64,000 nt of DNA from an uncultured Acidobacteriota bacterium. Lineage in GTDB: Bacteria > Acidobacteriota > Thermoanaerobaculia > UBA5066 > Gp7-AA6. Positions 1 to 9,353 of this stretch are shown piece after piece (position 1 is the first letter of the stretch; each line of letters starts with the position of its first letter). The position numbers and the translations under genes are program-made. A model generated the notes under the pieces. It made no database searches and had not been told where the DNA came from. It was given only the letters and a program-made list of their open reading frames with translations. The DNA is taken from NCBI GenBank assembly GCA_963763535.1, contig CAVXOX010000004.1, positions 8,254 through 72,253 on the forward strand. Direction: 5' to 3'.

Positions 1-500
1 TGGAGTCCGGCCTCTCGAACTGGAAGGCGACGGACGTCATGGTGCACCAGGAGTTGAACGCCAAGGTCATGGCGGTCGCCGGAAACTCGATGCTCATCCG
101 CGGCTCGAAGGGCGTCGAGAAGTACGAGTGGCAGGATGCGAGCGACATCACGATCGTCAAGGACGGCAAGGTGGTCGACGCCTCGGCGATCCACGTCGGC
201 GATCACATCACCGGCATGATCGTGCAGAAGGCGGTTCATCACCCGGCGCCGGTCGCGGTCGCGCAGAACTCGGCTCCGGCCCCGGCCCCGAAGAGGGCGG
301 CTCCGGCGCCCGCTCCGGCCGCGGCTCCGGCTCCGGCCCCCGCTCCGGCCGCGGCTCCGGCCGAGCCGGCCCCGGCCCCCGCTCCGGCGAAGAAGCTCCC
401 CAAGACGGCGAGCGAAGTCCCGGCGGCCGGCCTCGCCGGTCTCGCGGCGCTCGTCGCGGGCGCTTCGCTCACGGCGATCCGCAAGAATCGCTCGAAGTAG
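1..500 (+). CDS. Secreted protein with Pro/Ala-rich linker and LPXTG-like (LPKTA) C-terminal sorting signal; 5'-truncated
   Basis: Frame is open to the left edge (ESGLSNWKATDVM...). PAPAPAAA linker, then KKLPKTASEVP, a hydrophobic helix and a basic tail RKNRSK. Confidence 0.8.
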   Translation, partial: ESGLSNWKATDVMVHQELNAKVMAVAGNSMLIRGSKGVEKYEWQDASDITIVKDGKVVDASAIHVGDHITGMIVQKAVHHPAPVAVAQNSAPAPAPKRAAPAPAPAAAPAPAPAPAAAPAEPAPAPAPAKKLPKTASEVPAAGLAGLAALVAGASLTAIRKNRSK

Positions 501-519
501 TTTTTCGGCGAATCCTTTC

Positions 520-554
520 GCGCCCGTCGCTTCGGCGGCGGGCGCTCTTTTTTT
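520..554 (+). terminator. Rho-independent terminator
   Basis: GCGCCCGTCGC-TTCG-GCGGCGGGCGC hairpin followed by TCTTTTTTT, 20 nt after the stop. Confidence 0.85.
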
Positions 555-570
555 GGCAGACTCGAGGGCA

Positions 571-897
571 ATGAAGGGCTCCCGCGCTCTGATGCTCGCC
601 GTTGCCGTGGCGGGCGCCCTCGCCTGCCGCCCGAGCGAGAACGAGGCGCGCGACGCGCGCCGAGCCGCGAAAAGAGCGGCGAAGAGCGCCGAGGAGGCGG
701 GACGGAAGGCGGCCGAGGCCGCCCGCGAGGCCGGTCGGGCCGCCGGCGAGGCGGGCCGCCGGGCGGGACACGAAGCCGCCGAGGCGGGAAAGAAGGCGGG
801 CGCCGAAGCGCGCGAAGCGGCGGAGCGCGCGGCCGAGTCGGCGCGCCGCGCCGCCGACGACGTCCGTCCGGCCGTCACCGTCACGCCGATACCGTAA
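571..897 (+). CDS. Small lipoprotein with 11-residue amphipathic helical repeats
   Basis: GAGGG before ATG571; signal peptide ending in lipobox ALAC; AGxxAxEAxxx repeats. Confidence 0.7.
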   Translation: MKGSRALMLAVAVAGALACRPSENEARDARRAAKRAAKSAEEAGRKAAEAAREAGRAAGEAGRRAGHEAAEAGKKAGAEAREAAERAAESARRAADDVRPAVTVTPIP

Positions 898-946
898 TCC
901 CCCGCTCCCGTCTCTCGCTCCTCGCTGAATTACTCTTCGAGCTGGG

Positions 947-2362
947 ATGCCGCGCACCAAGATCGTCTGCACGATTGGCCCGTCCTCCGCATCGCCGGGG
1001 GCGCTCGAGCGCCTCGTCGCGGCGGGGATGGACGTCGCCCGCCTGAACTTCTCCCACGGCACGCACGCGGAGCACGCCGCTGTGATCGCGTCGGTTCGCG
1101 TGATCGCCGCCGCGGCGAGACGCCCGATCGCCATCCTCCAGGACCTCGCGGGCCTGAAGATCCGGATCGGTGAGATCCCGATGGGGCCGGTGCGGCTCTC
1201 GCCGGGCGACGCGTTCACGCTCACGACGCGCCCCGTTCCGGGCGACGCGCGCGGAGCTTCGGTGACCTTCCCGACGCTGCCGCGGCTCGTCCGGCCGGGC
1301 GACCGCCTCCTGCTCGCGGACGGCGAAATCGAGCTCGCCGCGGAGAACGTGGGCGAGACGGACGTCGACTGCCGCGTGGTGGCGGGCGGCGCGCTGTCTT
1401 CGCACAAGGGAATCAGCCTCCCGAACGCATTGGTCCCCGGTTCGGGCCTGACGGAGAAAGACCGGCAGGACCTGCTCTTCGGGATCGCGCAGGGGGTCGA
1501 CTACGTCGCGCTCTCGTTCGTGCGGTCCGAGCTGGACGTCCGCCAGGCCCGGGCGTTCCTGGCGGAGCACGGCGCCGCGATCCCGCTCATCGCCAAGATC
1601 GAGAAGCACGAGGCCATCGGCACGATCGACGCGATCCTCTCGGAGAGCGACGGACTCATGGTGGCGCGGGGCGACCTCGGCGTCGAGACGCCGCTCGAGC
1701 ACGTCCCGCTCCTCCAGAAGATGCTCATCGAGAAGGCGAATCGCGCGGGCAAGCCCGTGATCACCGCGACCCAGATGCTCCTCTCGATGGTGGAAAATCC
1801 GCGTCCGACGCGCGCGGAGGTCGGCGACGTCGCCAACGCCATTCTCGACGGCACCGACGCGGTCATGCTCTCGGAGGAGACCGCCTCGGGCCGCTTTCCG
1901 GTCGAGGCCGTCGCGACGATGCGCCGCATCGCGGAGGACGCGGAGGCGGCGTTCCCGTTCGCCCGGTGGATGCGGCGGTTCGAGAACGAGAGCCTGCAGA
2001 CGCTTCCGGAGGCGGTCGCCGGCGCCGCCTGCGAGCTCGCGGAGCACATCGGCGCCGAGGTCATCGTGGCGTGGACGGAATCGGGCGCGACCGCCCGGCT
2101 CGTCGCGAGCCATCGGCCGCGGCGGCCCATCCTCGCGCTCTCGACCGCGCCCGCGACGGCCCGCCGGCTCGCGCTCGTCTGGGGCGTCATCCCGGTGCTC
2201 GCCGACGCGCCCGGGAGCGCGGATGCGATGCTCGACGCGGCGCCCGCGATCGCGGTGGCCGCCGGACTGCTGCGCCCGGGGCGCACCGCCGTCATCACCG
2301 CCGGGATTCCGATGGGTGTCGCGGGCAGCACGAACCTGATCAAGGCCGCCGTCGCGCCGTGA
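947..2362 (+). CDS. pyk: Pyruvate kinase
   Basis: RTKIVCTIGP, RLNFSHG, IAKIEK, MVARGDLGVE, TATQML, PRPTRAE, DAVMLSEETA, GSTN. Confidence 0.98.
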   Translation: MPRTKIVCTIGPSSASPGALERLVAAGMDVARLNFSHGTHAEHAAVIASVRVIAAAARRPIAILQDLAGLKIRIGEIPMGPVRLSPGDAFTLTTRPVPGDARGASVTFPTLPRLVRPGDRLLLADGEIELAAENVGETDVDCRVVAGGALSSHKGISLPNALVPGSGLTEKDRQDLLFGIAQGVDYVALSFVRSELDVRQARAFLAEHGAAIPLIAKIEKHEAIGTIDAILSESDGLMVARGDLGVETPLEHVPLLQKMLIEKANRAGKPVITATQMLLSMVENPRPTRAEVGDVANAILDGTDAVMLSEETASGRFPVEAVATMRRIAEDAEAAFPFARWMRRFENESLQTLPEAVAGAACELAEHIGAEVIVAWTESGATARLVASHRPRRPILALSTAPATARRLALVWGVIPVLADAPGSADAMLDAAPAIAVAAGLLRPGRTAVITAGIPMGVAGSTNLIKAAVAP

Positions 2363-2679
2363 CGAGGAGTTCCCGACCTCGCCGCCTTCGCCGCCGCAGC
2401 AAGACGCACAATCTGGTCTATGCGATCCTGTTCTTCCTGCTCGGGGTCGTCGGGGTGCTGATCCCGGTAATGCCCCAGGTTCCCTTCTTCATCATGAGCG
2501 CGCTGTTCTTCTCGCTCGTGTTTCCCGGAGTGCGGCGCCGGCTTCGAAGGTGGAGACTGAAGCACCCGAAGCTCGACGCGTCGTATCGTGGGTGGCGCGG
2601 CCGGGCGCGGCGCAAACGCCATACCGCCATCCATCGCCGGCGCGCCGCGAGGACGATGGCCGACCGGCCTCCGGCCTGA
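2359..2679 (+). CDS. Small membrane protein (DUF454/PGPGW-like)
   Basis: GTG overlaps the pyk stop (GTGA). LGVVGVLIPVMPQVPFFIMS hydrophobic hairpin followed by a basic tail. Confidence 0.65.
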   Translation: MTRSSRPRRLRRRSKTHNLVYAILFFLLGVVGVLIPVMPQVPFFIMSALFFSLVFPGVRRRLRRWRLKHPKLDASYRGWRGRARRKRHTAIHRRRAARTMADRPPA

Positions 2680-2761
2680 CGAACGCGATGCTCCCCGCGC
2701 GTCGGGGATCTTGCGAAATACATCGTAGCACGATATGTTGAGCCCCTCGGGGGAGGGCGCC

Positions 2762-3079
2762 ATGGAAAAGCGGAGAGTCCTTCCGACGGCGGTCGGCCTG
2801 GGAGTGACTTGGGGAGCCGGTGTCATGCTGCTCGGCTGGATCTCGGTCACGGGCTGGGGAGCCCGGATCGTCGACCTGCTCTCCGGTCTTTACGTCGGTT
2901 TCCGGCCGACATTTCTCGGCGGAATCGTCGGCGGCCTGTGGGCGTTCGTGGATGCCTTCGTGGCCGGCGTCGTGTTCGCGCTCGTCTTCAACGCGGTCGA
3001 TGCGCGGAGCGGCCGGTCTCCGTCGCTGGCGAGCCGCGAACACGAGGGCGTGGCCACGACGGCCACCGCGCAACACTGA
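2762..3079 (+). CDS. Small 2-TM membrane protein resembling the family annotated 'bacteriophage holin'
   Basis: GGGGAGGG RBS. Pattern WG...LLSGLYVGFRPTFLGGIVGGLWAFVD...LVFN. Confidence 0.65.
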   Translation: MEKRRVLPTAVGLGVTWGAGVMLLGWISVTGWGARIVDLLSGLYVGFRPTFLGGIVGGLWAFVDAFVAGVVFALVFNAVDARSGRSPSLASREHEGVATTATAQH

Positions 3080-3271
3080 CGACACGCCACCGCGAAGAAA
3101 TCCTCCCGGCCGCGCCGGGCGAGACTCAGCCTGCGTCTTCACCCGCGGGGCCTGGCGCTCCTCTCGGCCCTTCTCTCGTTCCGAAGCGGCCGGAGCTGAC
3201 GACGGGTCGGCAGCCTCCCTGCGAGGGAGTGCCCTGCCCGGGTGTCGTATCCTGAGCGGCGTGAGCTCGGC

Positions 3272-4741
3272 GTGAGGGACGGCATCCTCAATCGCTTTTG
3301 GAAAGCTCTCAGGGCCTTTCGCGTCCGGCCGGTGCGCGAGCCTCAGCCGCCCCACCTCGCCGACGAGAGCCGCTGGTATACGGAGCACACCGCTCTCCTC
3401 ATCAGCACGCTGAAGTGGGCGCTGCTCGGCGCCGCCGCCGGCCTCTGCGTGGGCCTCGGTACCCGGGCGTTTCTCTGGATGCTGAAGGCGTCGGGCGAAT
3501 GGGTCAGCCGAATCCGCATGGGGCCGCTGCCCTACTATGTCCTGCTGCCGCTCGCCCTTCCGGCGTGCGTCTGGCTCATCCGGACGTTCGCGCCCACGGC
3601 CAAGGGGCACGGGACCGAGGCCGTCATCGCGGCCGTGCACCAGCGCTCCGGCAGGATCGACTGGAAGGTCGCCCCGGTGAAGCTCTTCGCGACGGTGCTC
3701 ACGCTCGCCTTCGGCGGTTCGGTCGGCAAGGAGGGTCCCTGCGCGCAGATCGGGGCCGCGATATCGAGCCTCTTCGCCGACATCCTGCGCTTAAACGACG
3801 AGGATCGCCGGCGCCTCGTCATCTGCGGCATCGGCGGAGGCTTCGCCGCGGTGTTCGGCACGCCGGTCTCGGGAGCGCTCTTCGGCATCGAAGTCCTGTA
3901 CCTCGGCCGGATCGAATATGCCGTCCTCTTTCCGTGTCTCGTGTCGGGGATCGTCGCGCACCTCGTCTGCGGCGTCCGCGCGCCCGTTCCGGCCCTGACG
4001 GAATCGCTGGCGTCCTTCCGGCAGACGGAGGTGGTCCTCCTCGCGATCGTCTTCGGCGCGGCGTTCGGCCTGGCGGCCCTGATCCTGATCGAGACGATGC
4101 GCGCGATCGAGAAAGGGCTTCGCCGCTTCGAGCATCACCCGTACCTCATCGCGTGCGGCGGCGGGATCTTCCTCGCGTCGTTCTATGCGCTCGTCGGAAC
4201 CCGCTACGCCGGGCTCGGCACCGACACGATCGAAGCGGCGCTCTCCGGGGCGGCTTCGATCGCGCTGCTCGCGTTTCTCTGGAAGATCGTCGCCTCTTCC
4301 GTGACCCTCGAAACCGGCGGCAGCGGCGGCATCGTGACGGTGCTCTTCTTCATCGGGTCCACGTGCGGTGCGGCGCTCGCGCGGCTGTTTCACCTTCCCA
4401 TCGGCGCGTTCGCCGCCTTCGGCTTCGTCGCCGTCGTCGCCGCGGCCGCCAACACGCCCATTGCCGCGGCCGTGATGGGGATGGAACTCCTGCCGGGAGA
4501 CGTCGGCGTCTATGCCGCGCTGGCGGCCGGGACGGCATTTCTCATGGTCGGCCACCGGAGCGTCTACGCCAGCCAGAAGATCGGCCTCTCGAAGTCCGCG
4601 GGGCTGGACGTCCGCATGGACGTCACGATCGGCGAGCTGACCCGCTCCGGCTTTCGCGTCCGGGAGGGATCCCTCACGCAGAGGGTTCTCCGGAGGCCGC
4701 GCCCGCCGTCCGCCGGCGGTGCGGAGCCGCCGCCGAAGTAG
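3272..4741 (+). CDS. ClC family chloride channel / H+/Cl- antiporter
   Basis: GKEGP, FAAVFGTPVSG, GGSGGIVT, NTPIAA, SVY motifs; many TM segments. Start uncertain (GTG 3242 or 3272). Confidence 0.9.
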   Translation: MRDGILNRFWKALRAFRVRPVREPQPPHLADESRWYTEHTALLISTLKWALLGAAAGLCVGLGTRAFLWMLKASGEWVSRIRMGPLPYYVLLPLALPACVWLIRTFAPTAKGHGTEAVIAAVHQRSGRIDWKVAPVKLFATVLTLAFGGSVGKEGPCAQIGAAISSLFADILRLNDEDRRRLVICGIGGGFAAVFGTPVSGALFGIEVLYLGRIEYAVLFPCLVSGIVAHLVCGVRAPVPALTESLASFRQTEVVLLAIVFGAAFGLAALILIETMRAIEKGLRRFEHHPYLIACGGGIFLASFYALVGTRYAGLGTDTIEAALSGAASIALLAFLWKIVASSVTLETGGSGGIVTVLFFIGSTCGAALARLFHLPIGAFAAFGFVAVVAAAANTPIAAAVMGMELLPGDVGVYAALAAGTAFLMVGHRSVYASQKIGLSKSAGLDVRMDVTIGELTRSGFRVREGSLTQRVLRRPRPPSAGGAEPPPK

Positions 4742-4762
4742 CGGGCCGCGGCGGACGGATCC

Positions 4763-5926
4763 CTAGTCCATCTGCCTCCGCAGCACCGTCGGGATGTCGA
4801 AGTCGTCCCGGGAGGACGCCGCGTTCGGACCGAAGCCGCCGGAGTCGTCGCCGCGGAGGAAGGGCGGCCGCAGCGTCTTCGTCGCGACCGTCATCGGCTT
4901 CGGCTCCTCCTCGATCTCGGCGAGGTCGCGCTCGAGGCGGTCGAAGCCGGTCGCGATCACCGTCACCTTGACGGTGCCGGCCATGCGCTCGTCGTGCACG
5001 CAGCCGAAGAGGATCTCGGCCTCGGGGTCGGCGGCCTGCTGGATGATCTGCGCCGCCTCGGTCACCTCGAAGAGCGTCAGGTCCGCGCCGCCCGTGATGT
5101 TCATGAGCACGCCGCGGGCGCCCTCGATCGAGGCGTCCTCGAGGAGCGGCGAGGAGATCGCGGCCTGCGCCGCGTGGATCGCCCGGTTCTCGCCGTCCGC
5201 CACCGCCGTTCCCATCAGCGCCCGTCCCATGTCCGACATGATCTTGCGCACGTCGGCGAAGTCGAGGTTGATCTCCCCGGGGCAGTTGATGAGGTCCGAG
5301 ATGCCCTGGATCGCCTGACGCAGCACGTCGTCCGCGATCTTGAACGAGTCCTGGAGCGGCGTGTTGCGCTCGACGAACGCGAGGAGGCGCTGGTTCGGGA
5401 TCGTGATGAGCGTGTCCACGTGCTCCCGCAGCTCGCGCGAGGCGCGCTCGGCCTGGCGCATCCGCTTCTTGCCTTCGAACTCGAACGGCTTCGTCACGAC
5501 GGCGACCGCGAGCGCGCCCGCCTCCGCGGCGAGCTTGGCGATGATCGGGCCGGCGCCCGAGCCGGTCCCGCCGCCGAGCCCCATCGCGAGAAAGACCATG
5601 TCCGAGCCCTGCACGGCGTGCGCGAGCTTTTCCTGGTCCTCCAGCGCGGCGTTGCGGCCGACGTCCGGGTCGGCGCCCGCGCCGAGCCCCTTCGTCAGGC
5701 GCGAGCCGATCTGGATCTTGTTCGGCGCGGCGCACTTGCGCAGCGCCTGGAGGTCCGTGTTGCAGGCGAAGTACTCGACGCCCCGGACGCCGGCCGAGAT
5801 CATCCGATTCACGGCGTTCGAGCCGCCGCCGCCCACGCCGATGACGCGGATCGTCGCGGGAGAGGCATCGCCGCCGTCGAGCTCGATCGAAAGTTTCGGG
5901 GCGTCGTCGTCCATGAACTCGATCAT
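4763..5926 (-). CDS. ftsZ: Cell division protein FtsZ
   Basis: [24 protein letters not shown] tubulin signature, NLDFAD, C-terminal DIPTVLRR; GGAGGGAAGG RBS before ATG5926. Confidence 0.98.
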   Translation of the reverse strand: MIEFMDDDAPKLSIELDGGDASPATIRVIGVGGGGSNAVNRMISAGVRGVEYFACNTDLQALRKCAAPNKIQIGSRLTKGLGAGADPDVGRNAALEDQEKLAHAVQGSDMVFLAMGLGGGTGSGAGPIIAKLAAEAGALAVAVVTKPFEFEGKKRMRQAERASRELREHVDTLITIPNQRLLAFVERNTPLQDSFKIADDVLRQAIQGISDLINCPGEINLDFADVRKIMSDMGRALMGTAVADGENRAIHAAQAAISSPLLEDASIEGARGVLMNITGGADLTLFEVTEAAQIIQQAADPEAEILFGCVHDERMAGTVKVTVIATGFDRLERDLAEIEEEPKPMTVATKTLRPPFLRGDDSGGFGPNAASSRDDFDIPTVLRRQMD

Positions 5927-5964
5927 GCGTCCTTCCCTCCGTCGCCGCGTCTTGTTCGAAGCCA

Positions 5965-7188
5965 TCAAAAGAAATCCCGGATGAATCGGGAGACCGAGTT
6001 CGCCGCCTGAAAGAACGCCCGCGCCCGCCGGCGGGAGGGCTTGTGGCGGTGACCGTACAACAGAAGTCCGGTCGCCGTCGCCCACTCGGGCCTCGACACC
6101 ACGTCCACGAGGCCGCCGACCCCGGCGGGCACGCCGCGCCGGACGGGACCCTCGAAGATCCCCTCCGCGATCTCGATGACGCCCTCGAGCTCGCTGCCGC
6201 CGCCCGTCAGCACGACGCCGGACCGGATCTCCTTGTCCAGCCCGAGCCGCTGGAGGTCCTCCTGGATCAGGCCCAGCAGCTCCTCGGCCCGGGGCTGCAG
6301 AATGTCCGCGAGGGTCGAGCGCGGGCAGAGCTTCGGCGCGCGGCCGCCGACCATCGGCACCTCGACCATCTCGTCCTCGCCGACCGCGGACCGGAGGGCG
6401 CAGCCGTGTTTCTTCTTCAGGCGCTCCGCATCCGTGATCGGCGCGCGCAGCACGACGGCGAGATCGTTGGTGAAGTGATCGCCGCCGATCGGAACGACGG
6501 CCGTGTGGACGATCGTCCCCTTCTGGTAGACCGCGACCTCGGTCGTGCCGCCGCCAATGTCCACGAGGCAGATGCCGAGCTCCTTCTCGTCGGGGGTGAG
6601 CACCGCCTCCGCGGCCGCGAACTGCTCGAGGACGAGCTGGACGACCTCGATGCCCGCTTTGTTCATGCACGTGACGATGTTCTGCGTCACCGCGACGGGC
6701 GCCGTCACGACGTGCACCTCCGCCTCGAGCCGGCTGCCGATCATCCCGAGGGGGTCCGCCACGCCGTCCTGTCCGTCCACGGCGAAATCGCGGGGCTCGA
6801 CGTGCACAACCTCATGATCCTGAGGCATTTGCACGCCGCGGGCGGCGTCGACGACCCGCGTGACGTCGTCCTTCGTGATCTCCCGATCCTTGCCCGCCAC
6901 CGCCACCACGCCCCGGCTGTTGAACGACCGCACCTGCGACCCGGAGATCCCCACCCAGGCGCGCGAGATCTGGACGCCCGCCATGATCTCCGCTTCCTCC
7001 GCCGCGCGCTTGATCGCCTCGATCGTCGCGTCGACGTTGATGATGTTTCCCTTGCGGGTGCCCCGGTTGGCGGCGGCGCCCTTGCCGATGACGTCGAGGG
7101 CACCCCCGGCGTTCTGCTCCCCGATGAGGATGCAGACCTTGGACGTGCCGATGTCGCAGGCGACGAGGAAGTTCTCGGGCTTGGCCAT
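5965..7188 (-). CDS. ftsA: Cell division protein FtsA
   Basis: [22 protein letters not shown]; directly upstream of ftsZ. Confidence 0.97.
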   Translation of the reverse strand: MAKPENFLVACDIGTSKVCILIGEQNAGGALDVIGKGAAANRGTRKGNIINVDATIEAIKRAAEEAEIMAGVQISRAWVGISGSQVRSFNSRGVVAVAGKDREITKDDVTRVVDAARGVQMPQDHEVVHVEPRDFAVDGQDGVADPLGMIGSRLEAEVHVVTAPVAVTQNIVTCMNKAGIEVVQLVLEQFAAAEAVLTPDEKELGICLVDIGGGTTEVAVYQKGTIVHTAVVPIGGDHFTNDLAVVLRAPITDAERLKKKHGCALRSAVGEDEMVEVPMVGGRAPKLCPRSTLADILQPRAEELLGLIQEDLQRLGLDKEIRSGVVLTGGGSELEGVIEIAEGIFEGPVRRGVPAGVGGLVDVVSRPEWATATGLLLYGHRHKPSRRRARAFFQAANSVSRFIRDFF

Positions 7189-7204
7189 CAGAAGGACCGG
7201 ACCA

Positions 7205-7984
7205 TCAGAGACGATTCCCCGCGCCGTACGCGCCGACGAGAATGATGCGATCGGCAAAACGAAGATCGATGGCCCGCGCCTCCCACCCGCGACTCTCCAC
7301 GAACCCGCGCGCCTCGAGCAACGCGCGGATCTTGGACGGCGCGTCGGCTCGCAGCACGCGAACCGGTTTTTTAAAGATCGCATCCATCATACCGAATCCC
7401 CCATCGGGGAGCGAGGCGATTTCCGAGAGCGCCGCGACGTAGTCGGGTTGCGCGGCGCGCAGATCGGCGAGGAGCCCGACGGCCTCGGGGAGGAGGCGGC
7501 GCTCTCCCGAGAGGATCACGTACTCGGTCCGGTCGCGTCGCGGATCGTAGGCGGCGATGAGATTCCCTGCCGCGCCGACCCACCAGAAGCCCGTCTCGTC
7601 CCGATAGAGCGCGACGGCGCGCCGCTCCGTGACTCGGAGGACGAGCCCGTCGGGAAATCGCTTCGAGATCGTGACGCGCTCGATCCAGGGATGACCGGCG
7701 ATGCGGCTCGCCATCGGCGCGAGGTCGAGCGCGAGGACGTTGCTTCCCGTCCACCGCGCCGCGATCTCCAGGATCTCCTCCGTGCGGGCGCGCGCGTTGC
7801 CGCTGACGTCGAAGCGCCGGAGCGCGAAGCGCGGTCCCGACACGAATCGGAAGAGACCAAAGGCCGCCCCCGCCGCGAGGACGGCCGCGAACACGAAGCG
7901 CAGCGTCGGCCGGCGGCGCCGGCGCCGCGGCGCGACGGCGGGCCGCCGCAGGAACGGGGACTCTTTCTTATCGGACGGCGCCAC
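7205..7984 (-). CDS. ftsQ: Cell division protein FtsQ/DivIB
   Basis: Basic N-terminus, single TM, POTRA domain (HPWIERVTISKRFPDGLVLRVTER), IDLRFADRII. Confidence 0.92.
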   Translation of the reverse strand: MAPSDKKESPFLRRPAVAPRRRRRRPTLRFVFAAVLAAGAAFGLFRFVSGPRFALRRFDVSGNARARTEEILEIAARWTGSNVLALDLAPMASRIAGHPWIERVTISKRFPDGLVLRVTERRAVALYRDETGFWWVGAAGNLIAAYDPRRDRTEYVILSGERRLLPEAVGLLADLRAAQPDYVAALSEIASLPDGGFGMMDAIFKKPVRVLRADAPSKIRALLEARGFVESRGWEARAIDLRFADRIILVGAYGAGNRL

Positions 7985-9353
7985 GCTTCAGGTACTCCTC
8001 GCCGAACTTGACGACGTCGCCCGCCCCCAGCGTCAGCAGGAGGTCTCCCGGAGCGAGCGTCCGCTCGAGCGTGTCGACAACTTCTTTCTTTTCATGACTA
8101 TAGATGACCGGTCCGGGGCCGATCCGGCGGGCCGCGTCCGCCACGAGCTCGCCCGTGATTCCCGGGATCGGCGCCTCCCGGGAGGGGTAGACGTCCATGA
8201 CGATGTTCATGTCCGCCGCGGCGAGGGCGGCGCCGAACTCGCCGGTGAAGTCCCGCGTTCGCGAGAAGAGGTGCGGCTGGAACAGGGCGACGATCCGCCG
8301 GTCCGGGTAGACCTGCCGCGCCGCCGCCAGCGTCGCGCGGATCTCCGTCGGATGGTGCGCGTAGTCGTCGACGACGAGCACCCCGGCGCGCTCGCCTTTC
8401 AGCTCGAAGCGCCGCACGACGCCCGTGAACGCCGAGAGGGCGCGGGCGATCGTGTCGAAGGGCACGAGCAGCTCGCGGCCGGCGGCGACCGCGGCGAGCG
8501 CGTTGGCGACGTTGTGCCGTCCCGCGAGCCGCAGGCGCACGGCGCCGAGCCTGCCCTGCTCGCCGTTCCAGACGTCGAAGCACGTCCCCGACGCGTCGAG
8601 CTTCACGTCGCGCGCGGAGAGGTCCGCGTCCGGGGAGAACCCGTAGGTGACGGCGCGCCGCTTGATGCGCGGAAGGATCTCCCGCACGCCCGGGTCGTCG
8701 GCGCAGGCGATCACCGCGCCGAAGAACGGCACCCGGTTCGCGAAGGCGGCGAACGCTTCGTGGATCTCGCCGAGGTCCTTGTACGTGTCGAGGTGGTCCG
8801 CCTCGACGTTCGTGATCACGGCGACGACCGGCGTCAACTCGAGAAACGACCGGTCGAACTCGTCCGCCTCGGCCACGAGGTATTCGCCCCGGCCGAGCCG
8901 CGCGTTGGTGCCGAGGATGTGCACCTGCCCGCCGACGACGATCGTCGGATCGAAGCCCGCCTCGGTCAGGACCATCCCCGTCAGGGAGGTGGTGGTCGTC
9001 TTTCCGTGCGTCCCAGCCACGGCCACGCCCTGCTTGAGCCGCATGATCTCGCCCAGCATCTCGGCCCGCCGGATGACGGGGATGCCGCGCTCCCGCGCCG
9101 CGGCGACCTCGGCGTTCGACTCCGAAACGGCCGAGGAGATCACGACGAGGTCGGCGCTCTCGACGTGGGCCGGATCGTGGCCGATCGCGATCCGGGCGCC
9201 GAGGCGCTCGAGCCGCTCGGTGACCTCGGAGCGCGCGAGGTCGCAGCCGGAGATCTCGAGCGGCGTGGCCTGGAGGAGGATCTCGGCGATGCCGCTCATG
9301 CCGACGCCGCCCGCGCCGACGAAGTGCAGCCGCCGCAGCCGCAGGAACCTCAC
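7968..9353 (-). CDS. murC: UDP-N-acetylmuramate--L-alanine ligase
   Basis: HFVGAGGVGMSGIA, GTHGKTTTT, EADEFDRSF, DDYAHHPTEI, FQPHLFSRT. Confidence 0.98.
   Translation of the reverse strand: MRFLRLRRLHFVGAGGVGMSGIAEILLQATPLEISGCDLARSEVTERLERLGARIAIGHDPAHVESADLVVISSAVSESNAEVAAARERGIPVIRRAEMLGEIMRLKQGVAVAGTHGKTTTTSLTGMVLTEAGFDPTIVVGGQVHILGTNARLGRGEYLVAEADEFDRSFLELTPVVAVITNVEADHLDTYKDLGEIHEAFAAFANRVPFFGAVIACADDPGVREILPRIKRRAVTYGFSPDADLSARDVKLDASGTCFDVWNGEQGRLGAVRLRLAGRHNVANALAAVAAGRELLVPFDTIARALSAFTGVVRRFELKGERAGVLVVDDYAHHPTEIRATLAAARQVYPDRRIVALFQPHLFSRTRDFTGEFGAALAAADMNIVMDVYPSREAPIPGITGELVADAARRIGPGPVIYSHEKKEVVDTLERTLAPGDLLLTLGAGDVVKFGEEYLKRGAVR

Noticed and set aside
2762-3079. Prophage implied by the holin-like gene
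   Set aside because: No endolysin, integrase or structural genes; housekeeping context.
3147-3205. Fluoride (crcB) riboswitch-like leader before the ClC gene (TGGCG.TCCTC ... GCTGACGAC)
   Set aside because: The conserved GATGG core reads CCTGG and the 3' pseudoknot partner is missing. A cmsearch with the Rfam crcB model would settle it.
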